From Candidatus Methylomirabilia bacterium (GTDB lineage: Bacteria; Methylomirabilota; Methylomirabilia; Rokubacteriales; CSP1-6), in contig JBGPXN010000081.1 of assembly GCA_041492755.1 (NCBI GenBank), positions 1 through 20,061 of the forward strand: a stretch of 20,061 nt of DNA, in the 5' to 3' direction. Each line of letters opens with the position of its first letter. The stretch's first letter is position 1. Positions 8,365 to 17,288 of the stretch are shown here, one piece after another. Below the pieces are notes generated by a model, which ran no database searches, was not told where the DNA came from, and saw only the letters and a program-made list of their open reading frames with translations. The translations under genes were made by a program, and so were the position numbers.

Positions 8365-10074
8365 ATGGCCTACGACCTCGTGATCAAGAACGGCAGGGTA
8401 GTCGACGGATCCGGACTGGCCGCCTACCCGGCGGACGTCGCGGTGCGAAACGGCCGGATCGTCAGCATCGGACGCATCCGGGAAGGGGCCCGCGAGGTGC
8501 TCGACGCCGAGGGCCACGTCGTCGCGCCCGGGATCATCGACGGGCACACGCACATGGACGCCCAGATCTTCTGGGACCCGCTCGGCACCTCCTCCTGCTA
8601 CCACGGCGTGACCTCGGTCGTCATGGGCAATTGCGGCTTCACGCTCGCCCCCTGCGCCGCGGCCAACAAGGACATGGTCGTGCGCAACCTCCAGCGCGCC
8701 GAGGACATTCCGCTGGCGGCGATGGAAGCGGGCATCGACTGGCGCTGGACGACGTTCCCGGAATTCCTGGACTGCCTGGACTCGCTCCCCAAGGGCATCA
8801 ACTACGCCGGCTACATCGGCCATTCCGCGCTGCGGACCTACGTCATGGGCGAGCGCGCCTTCGAGAAGGCGGCCGGCGAGGATGACCTGCGCGCCATGGA
8901 GCGCGAGCTCCGGGAAGCGATCCAGGCGGGCGCGATCGGGTTCACGACCTCGCGCTCCCCGAGCCATGAAACGCCCGACGGCCGGTACGTCGCGAGCCGC
9001 CTCGCCACGTGGGACGAAGTGCGGCGCCTGGTCGGCGTCATGGGCGAGCTGAACGCCGGGCTCTTCGAGATCGCGGGCGAAGGCGTGGACCGTGAGGCGG
9101 GCGACCCGCGGGTGCGGGAGTACCACGTACGGCTGCGCGACCTCGCCGTGGAGAGCGGCCGTCCGATCACGTTCGGCGTCTTCACCCGCCGGGGCGTGCC
9201 CGACGTCTGGCGTGCGTACCTGAACTTGCTCGACGAGACCGCCGCGGCCGGCGGGCGCATGTTCGCCCAGGCCCACAGCCGCTCGCTCTCCGCCCTCCTC
9301 TCCTTCAAGACCCAGCTGCCGTTCGATCGCCTCCCCGTGTGGAAGGAGATCCGCGCGCTGCCGCTCGAGGCGCAGAAGCGCCAGCTCCGCGATCCCGACG
9401 TGCGGCGCCGGCTGCTCGAGAACGCGGGGGCCCGATCGGATCGCAAGGCCCTCGGCACCGAGGCCCAGCCGGCGGACTACGACTGGCTCTTCGTCTTCGA
9501 CACCGTGAGCGGTCCGCACCGCTCGGTCGCCGAAGTCGCCCGGCAGCGCGGCTGCCATCCGGCCGAGGCGATGATCGACCTCGCGCTCGAGCGCGACCTC
9601 GACCTGTTCTTCCTGCAGCCCATCGCCAACGAAAATCAGGACTACGCGCTCGAGATCATGCGGCATCCGCGCGCGGTCGTGACCTTCTCCGATTCCGGCG
9701 CGCACGTCTCGCAGCTCATGGACTCCTCGCTGCAGACGCACCTGCTGAGCCACTGGGTGCGCGAGAAGCAGGCGTTCACGCTCGAGCAGGCCGTGCGCAT
9801 GCTCACGCTGGTGCCGGCCACCTACTGGGGTTTCGCCGATCGCGGCCTGATTCGCGAAGGCATGGCCGCCGACCTCATGGTCTTCGATCCCGACACGATC
9901 GCCCCGGAGATGCCGGAGGTGGTGGACGACCTGCCCTCGGGCGCGCGGCGTCTCGTGCAGCGGGCGCGCGGCATCGCCGCCACCGTGGTCAACGGCGAGG
10001 TCCTGTTGCGCGACGGCAAGCCGACCGGCGCGCTGCCCGGGCGGCTGCTTCGCGGTCCGCTGGCGCGCGCGTAA
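8365..10074 (+). CDS. N-acyl-D-amino-acid deacylase family amidohydrolase
   Basis: YDLVIKNGRVVDGSG, APGIIDGHTHMD, HGVTSVVMGNCG, SDSGAH and DRGLIREGMAADLMVFD motifs; GGAGGG RBS. Confidence 0.92.
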   Translation: MAYDLVIKNGRVVDGSGLAAYPADVAVRNGRIVSIGRIREGAREVLDAEGHVVAPGIIDGHTHMDAQIFWDPLGTSSCYHGVTSVVMGNCGFTLAPCAAANKDMVVRNLQRAEDIPLAAMEAGIDWRWTTFPEFLDCLDSLPKGINYAGYIGHSALRTYVMGERAFEKAAGEDDLRAMERELREAIQAGAIGFTTSRSPSHETPDGRYVASRLATWDEVRRLVGVMGELNAGLFEIAGEGVDREAGDPRVREYHVRLRDLAVESGRPITFGVFTRRGVPDVWRAYLNLLDETAAAGGRMFAQAHSRSLSALLSFKTQLPFDRLPVWKEIRALPLEAQKRQLRDPDVRRRLLENAGARSDRKALGTEAQPADYDWLFVFDTVSGPHRSVAEVARQRGCHPAEAMIDLALERDLDLFFLQPIANENQDYALEIMRHPRAVVTFSDSGAHVSQLMDSSLQTHLLSHWVREKQAFTLEQAVRMLTLVPATYWGFADRGLIREGMAADLMVFDPDTIAPEMPEVVDDLPSGARRLVQRARGIAATVVNGEVLLRDGKPTGALPGRLLRGPLARA

Positions 10075-10123
10075 CGCATGTGCGCGCGTAACGCGTCGTG
10101 AGGCTGGCCCTGAAGCGTCGTCC

Positions 10124-11017
10124 GTGAAGAAGGCGATCAGCTTCTTCAGCGAGGGCCTCCGGCTCGTCGGCGACGTCTACTACCCGGACGACCTGCGAGC
10201 CGGCGAGCGCCGCGCCGGGATCGTGTTGTGTCACGGCTACACCGGCGTCAAGGACCTCTACCTTCCCGACAACGCGCGGGTCCTCAACGACGCCGGCTAC
10301 GTGGTCATGACGTTCGACTACAAGGGCTGGGGCGACAGCGAGGGATCGCGCAGTCGCCTGGCCCCGTACAGCCGCGTCGCCGACGTGCAGGCCGCGCTCA
10401 CCTTCCTCGGCACGCTGCCGGAAGTCGACGCCGATCGGCTCGGCATCTACGGCACCAGCTACGGCGGCGCCACCGTCGTCTGGGTCGGCGCCATCGACCC
10501 GCGCGTGAAGTGCATCGTCAGCGTGGTCGGCATCGGCCACGGCACGCGCTGGATGCGCAGCGTGCGGCGCCCCGACGAGTTTCACGATCTCCTTGCGCGG
10601 GCCCACGAAGATCGCGCCCGGCGCGCGCGCGAGGGCAAGTCCGAGTTCGTGGCCCGGGAAGAGATCCTGTTGCCTGATCGGCAGTCGGCCGAGCTGGCGG
10701 CCATCGCGCGGCGGAACAACCCCGCGGCGGTGAGCAGCATCCCGCTCGAGTACGTGCACGAGACGCTGGAGTTCAATCCGGAGTGGGTTGTCGACAAGAT
10801 CGCGCCCCGACCGATCCTGTTCATCACCAGCGACGACGATCGCCTCGTGCCACCCGAGGAATCGATCCAGCTCCACGCGCGCGCGGGCGAGCCGAAGAAG
10901 CTGGTGGTGCTGCGGGGCTTCGGGCACTACGAGGTCTACACGGAGCCGGCCTTCAGCCAGGTGATGGAACCGACCGTGGCCTGGTACCGCGAGCACCTGC
11001 CACCCCGCGCCCGCTGA
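10124..11017 (+). CDS. Alpha/beta-fold hydrolase
   Basis: CHGY oxyanion region, FDYKGWGDSEG, nucleophile elbow GTSYGG, candidate Asp in DDRLVP and His in GHYEVY. Confidence 0.92.
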   Translation: MKKAISFFSEGLRLVGDVYYPDDLRAGERRAGIVLCHGYTGVKDLYLPDNARVLNDAGYVVMTFDYKGWGDSEGSRSRLAPYSRVADVQAALTFLGTLPEVDADRLGIYGTSYGGATVVWVGAIDPRVKCIVSVVGIGHGTRWMRSVRRPDEFHDLLARAHEDRARRAREGKSEFVAREEILLPDRQSAELAAIARRNNPAAVSSIPLEYVHETLEFNPEWVVDKIAPRPILFITSDDDRLVPPEESIQLHARAGEPKKLVVLRGFGHYEVYTEPAFSQVMEPTVAWYREHLPPRAR

Positions 11018-11068
11018 CGCGCGCGGGAGGTGGGTGACGCGCGCCGGTGAAGCGCTACGGTCGCCCGG

Positions 11069-11494
11069 TCAGTGGCCTTTCGCGGTCATGGGGTGGCCGG
11101 CCGCGGCGTCGGCGATCAGGTGATCGTTCTCCGCGGGCACCGCCCCGCTCACCCCGACGGCACCCACGACCTTCCCGCCCTCCACGAGCGGAACGCCGCC
11201 CTTGCCGAACACGAACTGATAGGGGCCGAGGGTGGCGACGTTGGAGGCGAAGAGCTGGCGGCCCGTGCTGAAGCGCTCTTCGAGATCCAGCGTGTTCGCC
11301 TGGAACGCGACGGCGGCGTTGGCCTTCGCGCGCGCGATCTCGGGCGTCACCCATAGCGCCCCGTCCATGCGCTCGCAGACCACGAGGTGTCCTGCCTCGT
11401 CGACCACGGTGATCGCAACCTTGAAGCCGAGCTCCTGGGCCTTGGCCCGGCCTCGCTCGACGCACGCGTGAGCCAGCTTGAGCGTCAGCGCCAT
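11069..11494 (-). CDS. GlcG/HbpS family heme-binding protein
   Basis: VAITVVDEAGHLV..ERMDGA, IARAKANAA and GGVPL..GGKVVGAVGVSG...D motifs; GGAGG RBS. Confidence 0.9.
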   Translation of the reverse strand: MALTLKLAHACVERGRAKAQELGFKVAITVVDEAGHLVVCERMDGALWVTPEIARAKANAAVAFQANTLDLEERFSTGRQLFASNVATLGPYQFVFGKGGVPLVEGGKVVGAVGVSGAVPAENDHLIADAAAGHPMTAKGH

Positions 11495-11528
11495 GAAGTC
11501 CTCCCCGGACCCGCCGCGGCGTCCCTGG

Positions 11529-11837
11529 TCACGGCAGCGTCACCCACACCTGGTCCGCTTCCAAGCGCACGGGATACGAGGGCACCCTGCCTCCCCGCGT
11601 CGGCATGACGCACTGACCGGTCTTCAGGTCGTACATCCACCCGTGCCACGGACACGCCAGGCGCGTGCCCGTCACGCGGCCTTCGGAAAGCGGCCCGCCC
11701 TGATGGACGCACATATCATCCAGCGCGTAGACGGCGTCCCCGACGCGCGTCAGCACGATGCGCTTGCCCTCGGCCTCCACCAGGTGCGGTCGGCCCGCCT
11801 CGAGGTCCTCGAGGCTGGCCACGGCGACGTCGCTCAC
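11529..11837 (-). CDS. Rieske [2Fe-2S] ferredoxin (102 aa)
   Basis: GTG start forms a GTGA overlap with the upstream stop. Ligand motifs CVHQGGPL and CPWHGWMYD. Confidence 0.93.
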   Translation of the reverse strand: MSDVAVASLEDLEAGRPHLVEAEGKRIVLTRVGDAVYALDDMCVHQGGPLSEGRVTGTRLACPWHGWMYDLKTGQCVMPTRGGRVPSYPVRLEADQVWVTLP

Positions 11838-12517
11838 AGGTCTTCCTTGAGGACGAAGGCGCGATGCAGCCCCGTCATGTACTGCCAGCGCATTTCCGTG
11901 GCCTGCCGGACGGCGTCGACGGCCCGGGCGCGCTCGGCGTCCGAGACCGAGTAGGTCTCGACGATCTGGTACCCGCGCTCGCCGTGCACTTCGTCGGCCT
12001 CGATGTGGATGGCGAAGAACTCGATCTCGTGATCCGTGAAGCCGTACTTCGGCTTCAGCGGTGGCAGGTTCCGCCGATAGATACCCGGGACCTGCGACTC
12101 GAGCCCCACCAGCAGACCGGCGGCAGCCTCCTGGAAGGGATGGTGCGCCATCTCGTAGCACCACGCGGTGAGCCCGCGCGTGGTCGGTAGCTGCACGGTC
12201 CGCTCGACCTCGGCCCGGCTCACGCCGCAGGCCTCGGCGAACCGGATCAGCAGATCGACGTGCTTCGTGCCCGACTCTTCCTCGATGATGTTCTCGAGCA
12301 GGAAGTCACGCGCGGCGGAGTACGGACACTCGGCGTACACGGCGGCGCACCAGCGCGGGAACTGCGACACGTACTGATAGTGCTGGGCCGCCCAGGCGCC
12401 GAGCTGAGCACGGGTCAGCTCGCCGGCCACCCACTTCTCGGTGAAGGGATTCATCCGGCTGTGCCGGGCGTTGACGGCGGATTCGAGCTGCTTGCGGAAC
12501 GGGCTCGGTTCGGCCAT
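11834..12517 (-). CDS. Heme-oxygenase-like diiron oxidase, CADD/PqqC/TenA superfamily (227 aa)
   Basis: ATG 12517 after a GAGGAG RBS. Diiron ligand motifs ENIIEEESGTKH, LESQ and FFAIHIEADEVH; N-terminal KWVAGELTRAQL. Confidence 0.88.
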   Translation of the reverse strand: MAEPSPFRKQLESAVNARHSRMNPFTEKWVAGELTRAQLGAWAAQHYQYVSQFPRWCAAVYAECPYSAARDFLLENIIEEESGTKHVDLLIRFAEACGVSRAEVERTVQLPTTRGLTAWCYEMAHHPFQEAAAGLLVGLESQVPGIYRRNLPPLKPKYGFTDHEIEFFAIHIEADEVHGERGYQIVETYSVSDAERARAVDAVRQATEMRWQYMTGLHRAFVLKEDL

Positions 12518-12629
12518 GGGGTGACTCCTCTCGTGTCCGGTCGGTGGTCCCGGCTGCGCGGCCCCGGCAAGCACGCCGATCGCCGTGCGAGCCGATCAGA
12601 ACCGAGGACTCCTATCCCTGTCAACCGTC

Positions 12630-12647
12630 CCATCGATCAATCGATGG
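12630..12647. promoter_or_regulatory. Candidate operator palindrome in divergent promoter region
   Basis: Perfect inverted repeat CCATCGAT-CA-ATCGATGG, next to a minus-strand TTGACA (12619-12624). Confidence 0.45.
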
Positions 12648-12683
12648 ACCGGCCGGCAGGCGCACGCGTATCCTAGCGCGGTC

Positions 12684-13090
12684 ATGCCCCACCGCGCGCG
12701 GAACTGGCTCGTTCGGGCGGCGCTGGGCTTCTGTGTCGTCGTCGCGTTCTGCATGGCTGTCGCGCCTTCCGCAGCCATGGCCCAGTCACCGCCGCGCGTG
12801 CCCGTCCTCGGGGTACTGCATCCAGGCCCGGCCACCGCGCGGCCTGCCGAGCTTGGACGCGAGGCGCTCGAGCCGGGGCTCAAGGAGCTCGGTTGGGTGC
12901 CCGGCCAGACCATCCGTGTCGAACACCGTTACGCGTCCAAAGTGGAGCAGCTCCACGAGATGGCCCAGGATCTCGTGCGCCTGCGTCCCGACGTCATCAT
13001 CGCGTTCTCGAGGCCAATGCTGAGCAGGTGATCGCGCTAGCCAACCGCCACCGGCTCCCCGCGATCTACTGGCTGTCCAGGTACACGCAG
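12684..13090 (+). pseudogene. Deleted and frameshifted ABC substrate-binding protein (ABC_sub_bind-type)
   Basis: Signal peptide plus GLKELGWVPGQTIRVEHRYA...LVRLRPDVII. At ~13010 the match jumps to another frame reading NAEQVIALANRHRLPAIY, a later segment when compared with the paralog at 16201. Confidence 0.8.
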
Positions 13091-13411
13091 TCCTTCCTGC
13101 GCGAGCGGATCGCCATCGGCTTTCGCGTCGGCCAGGAACACTTCGGGGCGGCGTTCGGGCTGTCGGAGAGCCCCGAGACCTCGATCGAGCGCTTCTACTT
13201 CGACACGATCTCGTATTACGAGCCGGCGCTGCTGGCCGGGCTCGCCTGCGTGGGCGCCGAGCGGTTGGTCATCGGCAGCGACGCGCCGTTCGCGGTGGGC
13301 GACCTGGCGCGCTCGGTGCGGGAGATCCGCGCGTTCTCGTTCCTCCCCCAGCGCGATCGTGCGAAGATCCTCGGCGAGAACGCGCTTCGCTTCCTCGGAC
13401 TCGACCAGTGA
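13091..13411 (+). pseudogene. C-terminal remnant of an amidohydrolase_2 (ACMSD/LigW-like) protein
   Basis: FLRERI...RFYFDT...VGAERLVIGSDAPF...KILGENALRFL, with no start codon or N-terminal barrel. Confidence 0.8.
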
Positions 13412-13442
13412 GAGGATTCGACACCTGAGAGAGGAGAGAGCC

Positions 13443-14450
13443 ATGCGTCATCGTCCCGCGCTCGTGATCGCCGGCGTCGGTGCGCTCGTGCTCAGCCTGC
13501 TCGCCCCGGCGCCCGCGGCGGAGAAGATCAAGGTCACCGTACCCGCCGCCGCCGTGACGTTCGGTCCGCTCTATCACGCCAAGGCCGCTGGGTACTTCGC
13601 CGAGGAGGGACTCGACGTCGAGATCGTCACCGTCGCCGGCGGGGGCGCCCTGCAGGCGCTGATCGCCAAGGACGCGCAGTTCTGCGTCAGCCCGAGCACC
13701 TACCAGCTTCAGGCCTTCGAGAAGGGTCAGAAGCTCCTCGCCACCATGAGCATCCTGACGCGGAACTCGATCAACGTGGTCATGCACAAGGACGTGGCCC
13801 GTGAGAAGGGCATCACCGAGAAGAGCCCGCTCAACGACAAGATCAAGGCGCTCAAGGGACTCAAGCTCTCGGGCGTCGCCGTCGGCTCCTTCTCCTATCA
13901 GGTCCTGGTTTACTATCTGCTCAAGGCCGGGATCGATCCGCAGAAGGACGTCGAGCTGATCGGCATCGGCGCCGGACCGGCGATGGTCCTGGCCCTCGAG
14001 CAGCGCAAGGTGGACGCCTTCGCCACCGGCACACCCGTCCCCGACGCGGCGGCCGCGCGCGGCATCGGCGTGATGATCGTCGACAACGCGGCCGGGGAAG
14101 ACCCCGACTTCACCGAGTTCATGATGAACAGCGTCCACGTGCATCCCGACTTCGCGAAAGACCGGGGCGAGACCGTCCGGAAGTTCAACCGCGCCCTCCT
14201 CAAGGCCAGTCGCTGGCTCCTCGACAATCCCGTCGAGGCGGCGCTCCCCTCGATGAAAGCCTTCCTCGGCCGCCTCGACGACCAGGTCATCCTGTCGGGC
14301 TTCCGGAAGACTCGCCTCGGCATCCCGCGCGACGGCCGGATCACCGAGCGCGCCGTCAAGCTCACGCAGGACTTCCTGCTCAAGATCGGCGCGCTGAAGA
14401 ATCCGATCCCCTACGACGCGATCGTCACCCACGACTTCCTGCCGAAGTGA
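13443..14450 (+). CDS. ABC substrate-binding protein, NMT1/THI5/TauA-like (335 aa), orphan
   Basis: GAGGAG RBS, signal peptide (..APAPAA|EK), GYFAEEGLDVEI and AGIDPQKDVELIGIG motifs. Confidence 0.92.
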   Translation: MRHRPALVIAGVGALVLSLLAPAPAAEKIKVTVPAAAVTFGPLYHAKAAGYFAEEGLDVEIVTVAGGGALQALIAKDAQFCVSPSTYQLQAFEKGQKLLATMSILTRNSINVVMHKDVAREKGITEKSPLNDKIKALKGLKLSGVAVGSFSYQVLVYYLLKAGIDPQKDVELIGIGAGPAMVLALEQRKVDAFATGTPVPDAAAARGIGVMIVDNAAGEDPDFTEFMMNSVHVHPDFAKDRGETVRKFNRALLKASRWLLDNPVEAALPSMKAFLGRLDDQVILSGFRKTRLGIPRDGRITERAVKLTQDFLLKIGALKNPIPYDAIVTHDFLPK

Positions 14451-15005
14451 CGGCGGAAGCGGCTCCGCCCGTTCGGACGCTTGGTCTGCAATCCTGTCAG
14501 GTGGTGACGCGCCGCTGTTCGTTCGGGGAGGCGCCCGAGCGGGGCGTCCCGCTCACCGCGCTGCGCTGGTGGGGCAGCACACTGCCCACGGCGCTGGGCA
14601 GCCCAGATGCGGTCGTCGTCAGGAGACGAGCATTCCCCGCGGATCTACGCGCTCGCGTTCTGGTCCCCGCGTTGCTCCGTCGATGAGGGAATGCCGACTC
14701 GTCGTGCACGCCCCCCGCATTGCGCCGGCTGGCTTCCACCCCAACCACCGGTCGCAAGCGTCTATCGATCTGCTCGAGCGCAACCGCCGGTAGCAGCGCT
14801 GGACTTTCGCACGGGCCGCTCGCGGTCGCCCCCTCGATCGCGCTGCTCGTCGCACCGGTCCGACGACTTGGTCATCACCGGGCCCGCGGAGGCTGGTGAG
14901 CACGATTGGTCCTGTCTGCCGCGCGCCCGGCGAGCTCACCCTTGGCCGTTCCGGTTGGGGGCGCTATCGTAGGGCGCCACGCGAACCAAAGGAGGGAGCA
15001 CGCTC

Positions 15006-15290
15006 ATGTCCGTGGCACAGGTGGCTCCGCTTCCGTTGCCGGCTCACGTCGCGCTGCCGGCATCCCCGTCCAGCCCGCACCCTGTTCTTCGTGCAGTCAA
15101 CCCGGCCGGCCCGCCGCCGTCGAGGCTCCTCGACCGCGTCCGCCAGGCGCTCCAGACCCGCCACTACAGCCGGCGGACCGAGAAGGCGTACGTGGGCTGG
15201 ATCATCGCGACGACGATGATCTACGCCCACGTCTTCAACTGGGGCCCGGCCGCGGTGCGCAGCCCGGCCGACCGGATGCTCGGCACGTAG
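15006..15290 (+). pseudogene. intI: Integron integrase with large in-frame internal deletion
   Basis: IntI N-terminus RLLDRVRQALQTRHYSRRTEKAYVGWI is joined at ~15203 directly to the IntI C-terminus ATTMIYAHVFNWGPAAVRSPADRM. Strong RBS (AAGGAGG). Confidence 0.9.
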
Positions 15291-15478
15291 ACAAGGCACC
15301 CATGGGCCCTCAACCGATCGTCCTCCCCGCCGTGCTATCCCGCGCGCTGGCGCCGTGTAGCACGGTGCGGGAAGAGGACGCGACCGACTGGCAACCGTGC
15401 GTCGCCACAGGGGCGGCCAGGCGACGGCGCCCGGCCGGCCTGGCGTGCTAGACTGCGCCGCCCGCAGCGTCGGGCGTG

Positions 15479-15509
15479 CTACTCAGTTGTGGCGAATAGA
15501 AAGTTAGGC
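15479..15509 (+). other. Putative attI site
   Basis: A-rich AATAGAAA precedes the GTTAGGC core (15503-15509). GTTAGGCGG is the exact complement of CCGCCTAAC at the start of attC1. No attC-type hairpin seen upstream. Confidence 0.65.
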
Positions 15510-15529
15510 GGGACTGATGAGAGAGAACC

Positions 15530-16033
15530 TTGAAAGTTAGGGACATCAAGACTTGGGCCGACGAATTCGCGGCTCGCTCCGCAAGCGACTTTGAGTTCAG
15601 CGATCCCTGGCACTTCAATGCTTGCCGCGATAAATACCCGCCTTTCCGCGGTCTGCCCGGTGTCTACGTATATTCGGAACCCGCCAACCCGATTTGGAAT
15701 GTCGCGTTCAAGGACAGTGACGCCCGCGTGTGGTACATCGGGATGAGCGATACAGACGTCTGCGGGCGAATCTGGGATCACGTGACGCCAATCTACGACC
15801 CCGCAAACCGTCAGCCTTGGGTTCCCCGCTTCGCTGCCCATCAATGGCGTAACGTCGAGGCTGTTCCCGAGCAGATTCGAAACGCTATCGCCGGCGGCGA
15901 ATGCGTCGTTTACGTGATCCGTATCGCACCCGGCGGGCCCCCACCCGGCAGACCGCGTGCCCTGGAGGCCTACCTTCTCGCTCTCTTCTACGCGAAGAAC
16001 GGCGGACTCCCTCCCCTCAACACGGTGATCTGA
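15530..16033 (+). CDS. Cassette 1: GIY-YIG nuclease superfamily protein
   Basis: PGVYVY...VWYIGMS...GRIWDH and a C-terminal RALEAYL glutamate. TTG start 20 nt after the core site; visibly lower GC than the flanks. Confidence 0.7.
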   Translation: MKVRDIKTWADEFAARSASDFEFSDPWHFNACRDKYPPFRGLPGVYVYSEPANPIWNVAFKDSDARVWYIGMSDTDVCGRIWDHVTPIYDPANRQPWVPRFAAHQWRNVEAVPEQIRNAIAGGECVVYVIRIAPGGPPPGRPRALEAYLLALFYAKNGGLPPLNTVI

Positions 16034-16039
16034 CGTGCC

Positions 16040-16111
16040 GCCTAACTTCGCAGTCGAGCAGGCCGCGGGCTCGCATTCGCTCGCCCGCGGCTGCTCACCG
16101 CGGCGTTCGCC
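16040..16111 (+). other. attC site 1 (72 bp)
   Basis: R'' GCCTAAC, inner palindrome GAGCAG(G)CCGCGGGC...GCCCGCGGCTGCTC with an extrahelical base, R' GTTCGCC. Confidence 0.88.
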
Positions 16112-16200
16112 GCACAGGCGGAGCGACCAGGGGCGGCAGGTGGGCGACTAACGGAGGGATGTCTCGTTTGCGCCGGCATGTCGGAATGGGGAGGCCACCA

Positions 16201-17184
16201 ATGCGTTTCAGAGTGCTAGTAGCCGTTGTTGTCATCCTTTTCGCTCTGCCGCTTGCCGCCGACGCGCAGCAACCGACCGGGAAAACGTGGCGGGTCGGGT
16301 TCCTGGGTCCATCTTCAGCCGCCGCATCCGCTCATCTCGTCGCAGCCTTCCGAGAAGGCCTCCGCGATCGCGGCTACGTCGAGGGCCAGAACGTCGCGAT
16401 CGAGTTTCGGTGGGCCGACGGCCACGCGGATCGCCTGCCGGCGCTGGCCAAGGAATTGGTCACCAGCAACATTGACGTATTGGTCAGCCCGACGCCGCCT
16501 GCCGCTCGTGCCGCAAAGAACGCCACCAGCACCATTCCTATTGTGATGCTCAATGTCGCCGACCCGGTCGGCTCCGGGCTTGTCGCCGATCTGGCTCGGC
16601 CCGGCGGGAACGTCACGGGGCAAACGAACGATGTACCCGGACTGGGCGAGAAGCTCGTCGCACTCGTGCGAGAGATTGCGCCGGGCATCCGAAGCGTGGC
16701 GGTGCTCAGGAACCCGAGCAGCCCGGTCGCGGCCGTTCAGTTGAGAGAGATCGAGCCTCCAGGCCGGGCGGCGGGGCTCGAGGTTCGGTCCTTCGAGGCG
16801 CGCGACCCGAAGGAATTCGAGACCGTCTTCCGCGCGATCGGGGAGGCTGGCGTCGGTATCTTACTCGTACGGGCTGATCCGATGTTCTTCGCACCCCGCA
16901 AACGGCTCGCCGAACTGGCTCTCGCGAACCGGATTCCCACAGTCGTCGAGCGACGCGAATATGTTGAGGCCGGCGCGCTGGTGGGGTACGGGCCGAGCCT
17001 CGTCGACCAGTTCCGCTATGCAGCAACGTTCGTCGACAAGATACTCAAGGGCGCGAAGCCTGCAGACCTGCCGATCGAACCGCCGGCACGGTTAGAACTC
17101 GTAATCAACCTGAAGACCGCGAAGGCACTCGGTCTCACGATTCCGCCGTCGCTGCTAACGCGGGCGGATCACGTGATCGAATGA
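16201..17184 (+). CDS. Cassette 2: ABC substrate-binding protein (ABC_sub_bind-type, 327 aa)
   Basis: GGGAGG RBS and signal peptide. Motifs GLRDRGYVEGQNVAIEFRWA, DPVGSGLVADLARPGGNVTG, KILKGAKPADLPIE and VINLKTAKALGLTIP. Confidence 0.93.
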   Translation: MRFRVLVAVVVILFALPLAADAQQPTGKTWRVGFLGPSSAAASAHLVAAFREGLRDRGYVEGQNVAIEFRWADGHADRLPALAKELVTSNIDVLVSPTPPAARAAKNATSTIPIVMLNVADPVGSGLVADLARPGGNVTGQTNDVPGLGEKLVALVREIAPGIRSVAVLRNPSSPVAAVQLREIEPPGRAAGLEVRSFEARDPKEFETVFRAIGEAGVGILLVRADPMFFAPRKRLAELALANRIPTVVERREYVEAGALVGYGPSLVDQFRYAATFVDKILKGAKPADLPIEPPARLELVINLKTAKALGLTIPPSLLTRADHVIE

Positions 17185-17222
17185 CCGATTGCAGCGCCTA
17201 TGTTGGAGCCGGCGCAAGGGGC

Positions 17223-17288
17223 GTCGAACTTCGCGCTTCAACGGCCCGGAGCTCGCGTTGCTCGCTCCGGCCGCTGAGCGCGGGCGTT
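17223..17288 (+). other. attC site 2 (R' box interrupted after GTT)
   Basis: R'' GTCGAAC is near-complementary to the cassette-start GTTCGCC. Palindrome CGGCCCGGAGC...GCTCCGGCCG, ending in GGCGTT. Shares AACTTCGC and the GCTCGC..GCTCGC loop with attC1. Confidence 0.85.

Noticed and set aside
11834..12517. Calling the gene pqqC, tenA or pABA synthase
   Set aside because: No pqq, thiamine or folate context, and the CADD sacrificial residues appear substituted. Only the superfamily is supported.
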